Source: an uncultured Acidobacteriota bacterium (GTDB taxonomy: Bacteria > Acidobacteriota > JAQAZP01). From it: a stretch of 64,000 bases of DNA. Position 1 is the stretch's first letter; every line of letters starts with the position of its first letter. The notes under the pieces were generated by a model, which worked only from the letters and a program-made list of their open reading frames with translations, did not search any database and was not told the DNA's origin. A program made the position numbers and the translations under genes. The stretch spans positions 1,184,001-1,248,000 of the forward strand of contig CAWIIB010000001.1 of assembly GCA_963836075.1 (NCBI GenBank), read 5' to 3'. Below are positions 18,752-26,532 of this stretch, in pieces.

Positions 18752-21700
18752 TCATGGAGCGCCGAGGAGGATGAAGGCCGCCCAGTAGTGGGGATCCGAG
18801 TATGGATGGGATGGGGGAGCCGCAGCCTGTGCGGCTCCTTCTTGCGGGGAGCGAACGATCTCATCGTCATCTCCTGATTCAGGCTGATGGAGCTGATGCA
18901 GTTTTTGAAAAGTCAATTCCCGTAACCATTTCTTTGCCTCATGAAGCGCCTCGGCCCTGGGCATCGGCAACCCAGGGTCGTAAGTATGAACTCCCACGTG
19001 CCGTATATCGCTAAAAGCCCCAAGGCAGTTCTCATAGAAGCGGGACATCAGCAGCCGGGTGGCCCGGTCGTCCACCGGCCAGAGGCTGAGCAGCAGGCTG
19101 CGAGCCCCGGCGACGAACAGTGCCTGGGAGAACCCCAGATACCCCTCCCCTCCCGATTCCACACCGAGGGCCGTATCACAGCCGCTGAACACCACCAGGT
19201 CTGCGTTGAGCCTCCAGGTCCGTACGATCTGCTCACCGGTCAATCGCCCATCGTATACTTCCTTTTGCTGAAGCACCCGCTCGGTGGAATCGGGCAGCTG
19301 ATCCCGGGACAGGATCAGTGCCGACCGCATGGCCATGCGGTCGTCCATCACAGCGTGGGTGGCGAAGTGGAGGTAATTGAATTTTCGAAGTTCTCCCGAG
19401 GACGCCAGCCGCTCCAACCGTTGTTCACTTGCCTCGGATCCGAGCAGGATCAGCTGAGAATTGTCATTATCAGTGGTCTTGAATAGGCGACCGATGGCCT
19501 GCACTTCGTGACGGCTCTGGGGCAGCGGGCAATAGGACGGCCCCCTGATCCGACCGGCGATCTCTTCAAGTGCCGATTCACCTCCTGCCAACGGGGAAGA
19601 ATCTCTTGTTCCGCCCCCCTTCCTGAACACCGGATCCCCCAGCGCGAGCAGCGATGTGGCCCGTTTTCGCTCCGACGGATCACCCGGGTGTCCACCCCGC
19701 GTGCCAAGCCAGGCAAACATGGTCCCTGAGGGTGCGTAGCTCACCGTATAACCAGCAGCGAGGGTTTCCACCGGGACCCCGGCCATCTGGCCGGCCGGCA
19801 GTACGACAAGTTGCCGAACATCGCGCAGCAATTTCTCGACGGGCTGAAAACGCTGGAGATAGAGACGCTGGCAGAGTGCCGCACGCCCCCGGTCCGATCC
19901 GCCGAGAGCCCGGGTTCGCAGAGTTTCCCTGACACGGCCGGCCAGATCACGATCCGCCGCTGTCCAGGCGCCCCCCTCTCCGGTGCCGGGCAGTTCAATC
20001 CAAACGGGTTCTCCCCCGCTTCTGACAACACAGGCCCAGTGGGATTCCAGCGGCTGTCCCAGAGGCTCTGTTTCCACATCCAGCCATCCCACGATGGCGG
20101 CATCGGGCTCCAGGTGCGACTGGATCCGCGGCAGGCTGAGCACGTCGCCGGCGGCCACACCGTATTTCCTGGAGATTTCAACTTCGAACGAGGCCAGATC
20201 CACTTGCAGGGCAACCCGTTCCCTTGACAATCGTGACAATTCGGTGGAGTCTCCCTCCGCGCCGTCCAGTGCACGGCGCAGTGCGCTCATCTGCTCGTCA
20301 ATTCCGATGAGCCGGGAGTTGAGTTCGGTCTCCTGCTGACGTTCACCGGACGTCAACGGCCGGACGTGCCGGGCGGACAGCGTGTCGAGAAGCCCGCGCG
20401 CCAGATTTGTTTCCATCTGCTGCCAGGCCTCGCACGGCCGCCCGGCCCCGGCCAGACAGGCGGCCAGTGCCGGGAGCGGGGACCGCCGGGCCGTGAAGTG
20501 GACCCGGTCCAGCCCGCCGAGGCCGGCTCGCAGACGTGCGGAATCAAAACCCGCCGCAGCGTCACGCCAGAACGTCTCGGCTTCGGTCTTTTGTCCCAGG
20601 AGCGTTTTGATCAGGGCCAGCGCGCTGAGGCTGTCCACAACATCCGGATGCTGGGGCCCGAGAATCCGTCGCTGTCCCTCCAGCGCCCGACGGTACATGG
20701 TCTCCGCCTCGGCCAGCCGGCCCTGCCCCAGACGCAGTCGGCCCAGCCGGGCCACCGTCTGCAAGGCTTCGCGGTTACCTTTCAACGGCGACGCATCATA
20801 GTGGTCTCGTGTTTCGAGCAGCAGCGTTTCAGCCTCGGCATATCTTGCCTGCTTCATCAGCAGCTCAGCCAGGCCGCTGGCAACCCTCAGCGTCTTCTGG
20901 CTGTCCGCGCCCATCAGGGGTTCGATCCCGGCCAGAGCTTCGCGAAAAAGCGTTTCCGACTGGTCGAACCGGCCCAGTTCCAACATCAATCTGGCCAGGT
21001 AGAAGCTGTAATAGTGGGCGTATACGTCGTCCGGACCGATGGTTTGGATGAATTCCTGGCGACCCTCCCTCAGGAGTTCCTCGGCTTCGATTAGCCGTCC
21101 TTGACGATAAAGCATGTCGCACACGTCGAATAGGGCGAAATGCATGAAGTAATTCATCGTGGATTTACCACTGGTGGCGCTGCCACCGGCCGCCTGTACC
21201 CGGCGGAAGCACTCGAATTCATCCAGCAGGAGGACCTCGGCCTCGGCCAGCCGGCCCTGGTCCAGGAGCACCATTCCCAGCCAGGCCATGATGTAATGTG
21301 TCTCCCAGTGGTCGGCGCCGAGGAGCTGACGAGTCGCTTCGAGACAGGTGCGGCCGATACGCTCCGCCTCATCGAGCCGGCCCATGTCCCTGAGCAGCGC
21401 GATCAGACGGGTTACGTTCCACTGTGTGTCTGAGTGGTCGTCACCAAGGACGCGACGCAGCCCGTCCTGCGCCTGCCGCAGGCACTGTTCGGCTTCCTCC
21501 ATGTAGCCGTAGTACCATAACGTGTTCCCCAGGTCGCTCCGGGCAAGCAGAGTCAGGAAGTGGTCGTCGCCGAGGATCCGCCGGTATATCTCGCATACCA
21601 TTCGTTCCCGGTCCAGTCGTGTGCTGTCCCTCCAGATGTGTTTCACACCCCGTTCCGATGCTATGGCATATGCCTCGGCCAATTCGTCCTGCTGATGCTG

Positions 21701-22063
21701 CGGCAAAGCGGCAGCGAAACGGAAATAGGCGAGACGTTTCTCGGCGTAGCGGGTTTTCCAATGAGCAGAACCCTGAACACGCTGACGGATGGCGAGGATC
21801 TCTTCGGCCGGCCGGATGGCGTCCCCGTGCACTCCCTCGAGACGCGCTGACCGGATCAATTTGGACAACTCATCGATTCGCGCCAGATCTTCTTCAGACA
21901 AGGTGGGTTCCACCCGGGAAGTGTCTTCCTCGTTGTGCGTGTCTTCTATGGCTGCCGGCACCTGTGCCGATACTTTCTCGACAGGAGCAGGAGAGACGGA
22001 CAACAACAGAGCCGAGAGGATTACCGGCGTCAAGCGAAACAATGATCGTATGATGGTGCTCAT
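18752..22063 (-). CDS. TPR-CHAT (caspase-like, clan CD) protease with N-terminal signal peptide
   Basis: MSTIIRSLFRLTPVILSALLLSVSP signal-like N-terminus. About 8 kinesin-light-chain-type TPRs (RRILGDDH..TL). CHAT dyad in LHFATHA and VFSGCDT. C-terminal PHYWAAFILLG. Confidence 0.92.
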   Translation of the reverse strand: MSTIIRSLFRLTPVILSALLLSVSPAPVEKVSAQVPAAIEDTHNEEDTSRVEPTLSEEDLARIDELSKLIRSARLEGVHGDAIRPAEEILAIRQRVQGSAHWKTRYAEKRLAYFRFAAALPQHQQDELAEAYAIASERGVKHIWRDSTRLDRERMVCEIYRRILGDDHFLTLLARSDLGNTLWYYGYMEEAEQCLRQAQDGLRRVLGDDHSDTQWNVTRLIALLRDMGRLDEAERIGRTCLEATRQLLGADHWETHYIMAWLGMVLLDQGRLAEAEVLLLDEFECFRRVQAAGGSATSGKSTMNYFMHFALFDVCDMLYRQGRLIEAEELLREGRQEFIQTIGPDDVYAHYYSFYLARLMLELGRFDQSETLFREALAGIEPLMGADSQKTLRVASGLAELLMKQARYAEAETLLLETRDHYDASPLKGNREALQTVARLGRLRLGQGRLAEAETMYRRALEGQRRILGPQHPDVVDSLSALALIKTLLGQKTEAETFWRDAAAGFDSARLRAGLGGLDRVHFTARRSPLPALAACLAGAGRPCEAWQQMETNLARGLLDTLSARHVRPLTSGERQQETELNSRLIGIDEQMSALRRALDGAEGDSTELSRLSRERVALQVDLASFEVEISRKYGVAAGDVLSLPRIQSHLEPDAAIVGWLDVETEPLGQPLESHWACVVRSGGEPVWIELPGTGEGGAWTAADRDLAGRVRETLRTRALGGSDRGRAALCQRLYLQRFQPVEKLLRDVRQLVVLPAGQMAGVPVETLAAGYTVSYAPSGTMFAWLGTRGGHPGDPSERKRATSLLALGDPVFRKGGGTRDSSPLAGGESALEEIAGRIRGPSYCPLPQSRHEVQAIGRLFKTTDNDNSQLILLGSEASEQRLERLASSGELRKFNYLHFATHAVMDDRMAMRSALILSRDQLPDSTERVLQQKEVYDGRLTGEQIVRTWRLNADLVVFSGCDTALGVESGGEGYLGFSQALFVAGARSLLLSLWPVDDRATRLLMSRFYENCLGAFSDIRHVGVHTYDPGLPMPRAEALHEAKKWLRELTFQKLHQLHQPESGDDDEIVRSPQEGAAQAAAPPSHPYSDPHYWAAFILLGAP

Positions 22064-22830
22064 GGGTTTTGAGGAACATTCCTGACGTCAAGCTTACACG
22101 TGCCGAAAGGTGGATCGCCTCTCTTCCGGTGGAGCTGCAGGAAATACATGCCGGGCTCCGAAAATCTGAGCGGCAACAGCAGGCTCAGGTCAGGTCCGAT
22201 GACCGCATCGAGCACTTCTGGCTGCCCCTGCCCGTCTGTCACAACACAATGAACATTGTCGCCGGGAAGGAACTCGGGATCGTCCAGGCGGTAGTCGATG
22301 ATGACCACCTCGCCAACCTGCAATCGTTCGACCGCCCCATCTTCCCCGGCGGAACGGCTCACCGACTGCTCAAACCCGATGAACCGCGCCGTTCCCAGCA
22401 GCTCGATCGGCGGTTCCGTCGTCACCCGGCCGGCATAGACCACCAGCATCAGCAGTGCGATTCCGGCGGCCAACGGCACATAGAGGGGAACATTCACCTG
22501 CCAGAGCCAGTCGAGCATCTTGATGGGACCCGCGCGCCCGGCACTTCTCTCAAATCCCAGCCGCCGGGCCACATCATCGACCTCCTTCACCTGCCGGCGG
22601 CGGTAGGCAACACTTAAACCACTCACCTCCTCTGATTCCGCCAGCCGTTCCAGAACCATGGCGCAGCTCGGGCAGTTGTGCAGGTGCAGTTCGAGAAGCC
22701 GCGAATCCTCCCCGCTCAGCTCACCGTCCAGGTGACCCGCCAGTTCCTCCGGGGAAGGACAGTCCCGTCGTGCACTGCGGATTCGCCGAATCTCCTCGTC
22801 GATCTCGTGGTGACTGTTGTTCATGCTCAC
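22060..22830 (-). CDS. Zinc-binding (zf-HC2/ZAS) membrane anti-sigma factor
   Basis: CPSPEEL...DGEL...HLHNCPSC (HxxxCxxC), one TM helix (VPLAAGIALLMLVVYA), beta-rich extracytoplasmic tail. 4-nt overlaps with both neighbours. Confidence 0.88.
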   Translation of the reverse strand: MSMNNSHHEIDEEIRRIRSARRDCPSPEELAGHLDGELSGEDSRLLELHLHNCPSCAMVLERLAESEEVSGLSVAYRRRQVKEVDDVARRLGFERSAGRAGPIKMLDWLWQVNVPLYVPLAAGIALLMLVVYAGRVTTEPPIELLGTARFIGFEQSVSRSAGEDGAVERLQVGEVVIIDYRLDDPEFLPGDNVHCVVTDGQGQPEVLDAVIGPDLSLLLPLRFSEPGMYFLQLHRKRGDPPFGTCKLDVRNVPQNP

Positions 22831-23381
22831 CCTTTTTTTCGCGAGAAATATGCCTTTACTTCACTTCTGCTGAGCCCCTGGCTCCCCGTCAGGATTTCAG
22901 TCAATATCTTGCGGGACTTGTTCAGACAGTAACGAACCGTACTGATCTTCAGCGCGAACAGCTCGGCAATTTCCTCGTCTTTTTTGCCCTCGAAGTAGGC
23001 CAACTCGAAGATCCCCCGGTCAGGATCAGGCAGCGGCAGCTTCCGATCCATCGACCGTTTGCGGACCAGGTCATCCTCCTGGTGGGCCGCCGTGGACACT
23101 TCCTGCTTCTCCAGTGCCGACGGATTGGCGTACTTCCACTTCACATCCCGCTGGATGTAATCGATCAGCAGATTTCGGAACGCCCGGTACAGATATTTTT
23201 CGGCCTCCTCACGACTGCCCAGTTGTCGGTCCTTTTCCAGCAACCGGGTGAACAACTCCTGGAGCAGGTCGGGGACCTTGTTCCGGTCGAACAGCGCTCC
23301 GCTGGCCCTCCGGTGGAGGGTGGATGCATGCTCGTGGTAGAGCCACTCCACGGTCTTCTTCCAGTTCATATAACCGGCCAT
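22827..23381 (-). CDS. ECF (sigma-70 family) RNA polymerase sigma factor
   Basis: Region 2 DLLQELF...YLYRAFRNLLIDYIQR; region 4 IFELAYFEGKKDEEIAELFALKISTVRYCL. Start is ATG 23381 or 23369. Confidence 0.9.
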   Translation of the reverse strand: MAGYMNWKKTVEWLYHEHASTLHRRASGALFDRNKVPDLLQELFTRLLEKDRQLGSREEAEKYLYRAFRNLLIDYIQRDVKWKYANPSALEKQEVSTAAHQEDDLVRKRSMDRKLPLPDPDRGIFELAYFEGKKDEEIAELFALKISTVRYCLNKSRKILTEILTGSQGLSRSEVKAYFSRKKG

Positions 23382-23561
23382 CGGCAAAAAATGTGAAATA
23401 TGTGGTTGCTGGGGGATTCCACCACCCACTCTAGCAAAATTTCTTCCAATTTTCACAATTTTTCATTCTTCACGGTTATACCCCACGGCGGGGGAAGTGC
23501 TGCAGCCTCCCCTTACGGCTTTTTTCCCTCAATCTCTTTTGACTCTAAGGAGGAAGCTGAC

Positions 23562-25292
23562 ATGAAATCTCAAATGTTTATTTTTGTGATTGCCCTCTGC
23601 CTAGCTGTCACCACAGCCACCGCCACCGAGGTGGGTCCCGGTCCGGTCTCCGGTGAGTGGGACGCTTTGGGAAACCCTTACAACATAAACGGGCAAATCA
23701 CCGTGCCTGCAGGCGAATGCCTGACCATCGACGAGGGTGTTGAGGTTATTTTCCAGGGACACCACAAGCTGATCGTCTATGGCTGCATGGAGGCGGTGGG
23801 AACGGAAGCCTCGCCCATTCTGTTCACTGCAGCGAACACCCTTGATGGCTGGCACGGCATCCGGTTCATCGACGCTTCGGACAACAGCCATCTGGCACAC
23901 TGCATCATCGAGTACGGCCGTGGCCTGGGGATAGATATCAATGATCCCGACGGCTGGGGCGGCGGCCTCCTTTGCGATAACACCAGCCCGGTGATCAAAC
24001 ACTGCACGTTCAGAGATAATTCCACCAACTGGATCGGTGGCGGGATCATGTGTCATGCCTCGAGCTCTCCGACAATCGAGCATTGCCACATCAGCGGAAA
24101 TTTCGCCGGCAACTGGGGCGGGGGTGTGGCCGGTCTTGCCGCGGGTCATCTGATCGTCCGCAACTGTACAATATCTGGAAATACCGCGGGGGAAGATGGC
24201 GGGGGGATCGCCGGTGAACAAATTACCCTGACTATCACGGACAACGACATCTCAGGCAATAAGGCCCTGAACAACAATGGCGGGGGGATCTGCTCCTACG
24301 GCGGCTGCACGGGCTCGATCAAGGACAATGTCATTTTGGGGAATCATGCTGAGGTGGGTGGTGGTGGGATGATAATCTGGTACTGGAGTTCATTCGACCT
24401 GACGAACAATCTCGTTTACAAGAACACTGCCGGCGGTTACGGCGCTGGGATCTGTTGTTTCGATCATGCCTCCGCGACCATCACCAACTCAACCGTTTGC
24501 GGAAACATATCCAACGATCTGGGTGGCGGGCTCTCCTGCGAAACCAATTCGTCCATGACTGTCGTTAACTCAATCCTGTGGAACAATACGGCAGACACGT
24601 CATCCGACGAGATTCTGGTCGGCTACACGGTGAATCCATCCACGGTCACCATCAGCTACTCTGACGTGAGGGGGGGGCAGACCCATGTGGATGTCTGGCC
24701 CGGGAGCACACTCAATTGGGGCAGTGGCATGATCGATGAGGACCCTCTTTTCTTTGATCCGAACGTTGGAGATTATCACCTCTGCCAGGATCCCTGCCAG
24801 CCGGGAGTAGTCAACCCGTGTGTGGACGCAGGCGATCCGGTGAGTTCGATCATCGATTGGACAACGCGCACCGACTGTCATGCCGATGAGGCTGATGTTG
24901 ACATGGGGTATCACTATCCATTCCCGGAAACCGTCATCGCGGACCTGAACTGCGTCCCGGATGCGGGCGTTTTGCCCTTCACCTCAATGTTCAGCGTAGT
25001 GCTGGGCAATTCCCTGGCGCACCACCGGACAGTGGCTGGTCGAATAGACGTGAGTCTTGCCGGCGGGGCAAACTTTGCCAACTGGCGCGCGGGCTTCTCG
25101 AACCTCGGGCCCGGCGAGACGTTCACCACATCCTGGCAGCAGGTGCTTCCTGCGCTGGATCGCCTGGTGGGATTGAACCTCTTCGAACTTCATGCCGAGG
25201 ACGTTACACCGCCACCGTACAACCAGCCGCCCTACCTGCCCTCGGGAGCAACAGTCACCGCAGCCTGCTCGGTAACGGGTCTGGCACCATAA
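23562..25292 (+). CDS. Secreted right-handed parallel beta-helix protein ending in the shared ~120-aa C-terminal domain
   Basis: AAGGAGG RBS before ATG 23562; signal peptide ...AVTTATA|T; repeated GGG(I/V)...ISGN.A beta-helix rungs; DPLF...DYHL...PCVDAG...DMG segment. Confidence 0.9.
   Translation: MKSQMFIFVIALCLAVTTATATEVGPGPVSGEWDALGNPYNINGQITVPAGECLTIDEGVEVIFQGHHKLIVYGCMEAVGTEASPILFTAANTLDGWHGIRFIDASDNSHLAHCIIEYGRGLGIDINDPDGWGGGLLCDNTSPVIKHCTFRDNSTNWIGGGIMCHASSSPTIEHCHISGNFAGNWGGGVAGLAAGHLIVRNCTISGNTAGEDGGGIAGEQITLTITDNDISGNKALNNNGGGICSYGGCTGSIKDNVILGNHAEVGGGGMIIWYWSSFDLTNNLVYKNTAGGYGAGICCFDHASATITNSTVCGNISNDLGGGLSCETNSSMTVVNSILWNNTADTSSDEILVGYTVNPSTVTISYSDVRGGQTHVDVWPGSTLNWGSGMIDEDPLFFDPNVGDYHLCQDPCQPGVVNPCVDAGDPVSSIIDWTTRTDCHADEADVDMGYHYPFPETVIADLNCVPDAGVLPFTSMFSVVLGNSLAHHRTVAGRIDVSLAGGANFANWRAGFSNLGPGETFTTSWQQVLPALDRLVGLNLFELHAEDVTPPPYNQPPYLPSGATVTAACSVTGLAP
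24930..25292 (+). other. Shared C-terminal domain, copy A (TVIADLNC...NWRAG...DVTPPPYNQPPY...GLAP*)
   Basis: Gapless manual alignment to the S8 protease C-terminus gives 59/120 identical residues. Confidence 0.9.
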
Positions 25293-25309
25293 ATCAAATC
25301 TGACATATC

Positions 25310-25341
25310 TGGGTGAGCGGCCGTTTGGAGTCGCTCACCCA
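25310..25341 (+). terminator. Stem-loop after the beta-helix gene
   Basis: TGGGTGAGCG...CGCTCACCCA inverted repeat 17 nt after the stop; no clear U-tract. Confidence 0.5.
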
Positions 25342-25485
25342 CGCCTTCCACCTAAATTTCTGCACTCATCCCGGTGCTGACAATCGGTGGTGAACCCCAA
25401 TCCTGACTTCATGGTATACATCCAGTGGCAGGCCCAGCGGAGCTATTTCTTCGGAGTGAAGATCAAGTTCTGACCTGAGTGGGGC

Positions 25486-26100
25486 TCACACCCGCATGGC
25501 AATGGTCAGCCCGTCCAGTTCCGGTGAGTGGAGCGGGAGCCGTGCCAGGAGATGCACGGCCCGCCAGGCGTCCGATGCCTCAACCGCATCGATGAAGGTC
25601 TCGGCGCCGGCAAAGCCCGTGTTGTCGGCCACCAGCAGGCCGCCGGGGGCCAGCAGGCGCTCGCAATGGGGAAGGGCCCGCACGTAGTCCTCCTTCTCGA
25701 TGTCGAGGAAGACCATGCGGCAGTGTTTGTCCAGCCCGGCGAGGATCTCGAAGGCGTCGCCGGTCAGCACCTCGGCATGGTTCGCCGCCCCGGAGCGCCG
25801 CAGCGTCTCCCGGGCCCGCTCGGCCAGGGCCGGGTCAAACTCCAGGGTCAGCAACCGGCCGCCGGTTTCGGCACAGGCCCGGGCGAGATAGACAGCCGAG
25901 TATCCGGTGGCCGTGCCCAGTTCCACCACCAGTCCGGGGCCGGCCAGCCGGGCCAGGATGCCCAGCAACTCGCCCACCACCGGACCGACAATGGGCACAT
26001 TGTCCCGCTCGGCCTCGGCTTCCAGCTCGAGCAGCAGATCGTCCCGCGGCGGCAGCAGCCGTCGGAAGTGCTCTTCCAGGTTGGGAATCATGTTTGACAT
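25486..26100 (-). CDS. O-methyltransferase (family 3, COMT/CCoAOMT-like)
   Basis: PIVGPVVG.LL, VELGTATGYS, FLDIEKEDY, ADN. Confidence 0.9.
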   Translation of the reverse strand: MSNMIPNLEEHFRRLLPPRDDLLLELEAEAERDNVPIVGPVVGELLGILARLAGPGLVVELGTATGYSAVYLARACAETGGRLLTLEFDPALAERARETLRRSGAANHAEVLTGDAFEILAGLDKHCRMVFLDIEKEDYVRALPHCERLLAPGGLLVADNTGFAGAETFIDAVEASDAWRAVHLLARLPLHSPELDGLTIAMRV

Positions 26101-26121
26101 CTATTGAGCACAACATCCGTT

Positions 26122-26154
26122 CAACGGCCCGGGCATCTGCCCGGGCCGTTGTTT
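26122..26154. terminator. Perfect inverted repeat between the S8 protease and the methyltransferase
   Basis: CAACGGCCCGGGCA-TC-TGCCCGGGCCGTTG, followed by TTT on the + strand; lies just downstream of the S8 stop on the - strand. Confidence 0.6.
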
Positions 26155-26169
26155 ATCGCCGGTGAACCC

Positions 26170-26532
26170 TTATGGCGTCAGACCCACAACCGTGAAGCTG
26201 TCGCTGTCGCTATCGCCCGAGGGGGCGTACGGCGGCTGGTTGAACGGCGCCGGGGTCACGTCCTGGCCGATAAGGGTGAAGACGTTGGAACCCACCAGCG
26301 TGCCCAGGCCGGGCAGACTCTGATTCCAGACCTTGGTAAACACCTCTGCGGGGCTGAGGTTGGTCCAACCGGCCCGCCAGTTGCCGTACGGCGTGCCGTT
26401 GGCGATCACCACGTCGATCCGGGCGGCGGCCCGGCGGTTCTCGCTGGTCAGGTTAATCAACTGTGTCGTGAACTGGGTGACGAACGGGAGTGTGCCGGTG
26501 TCGGGCGCAGCGTTGATGGCCACCTGCACCGT
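26170..26532 (-). other. Shared C-terminal domain, copy B (TVQVAIN...NWRAG...DVTPAPFNQPPY...GLTP*)
   Basis: Same length (120 aa) as copy A, with 59 identities. Confidence 0.9.

Noticed and set aside
18752-23456. Type III-E CRISPR/Craspase locus suggested by TPR-CHAT plus sigma factor
   Set aside because: No cas genes or repeat-spacer array in the window; the CHAT has a signal-like N-terminus and the anti-sigma is a membrane ZAS protein.
24930-25292. Assigning the shared C-terminal domain to T9SS CTD, PEP-CTERM or LPXTG
   Set aside because: No YPNP/G.Y/K motifs, no TM helix or basic tail, and longer than those signals. Judged by eye only, so an HMM check is still needed.
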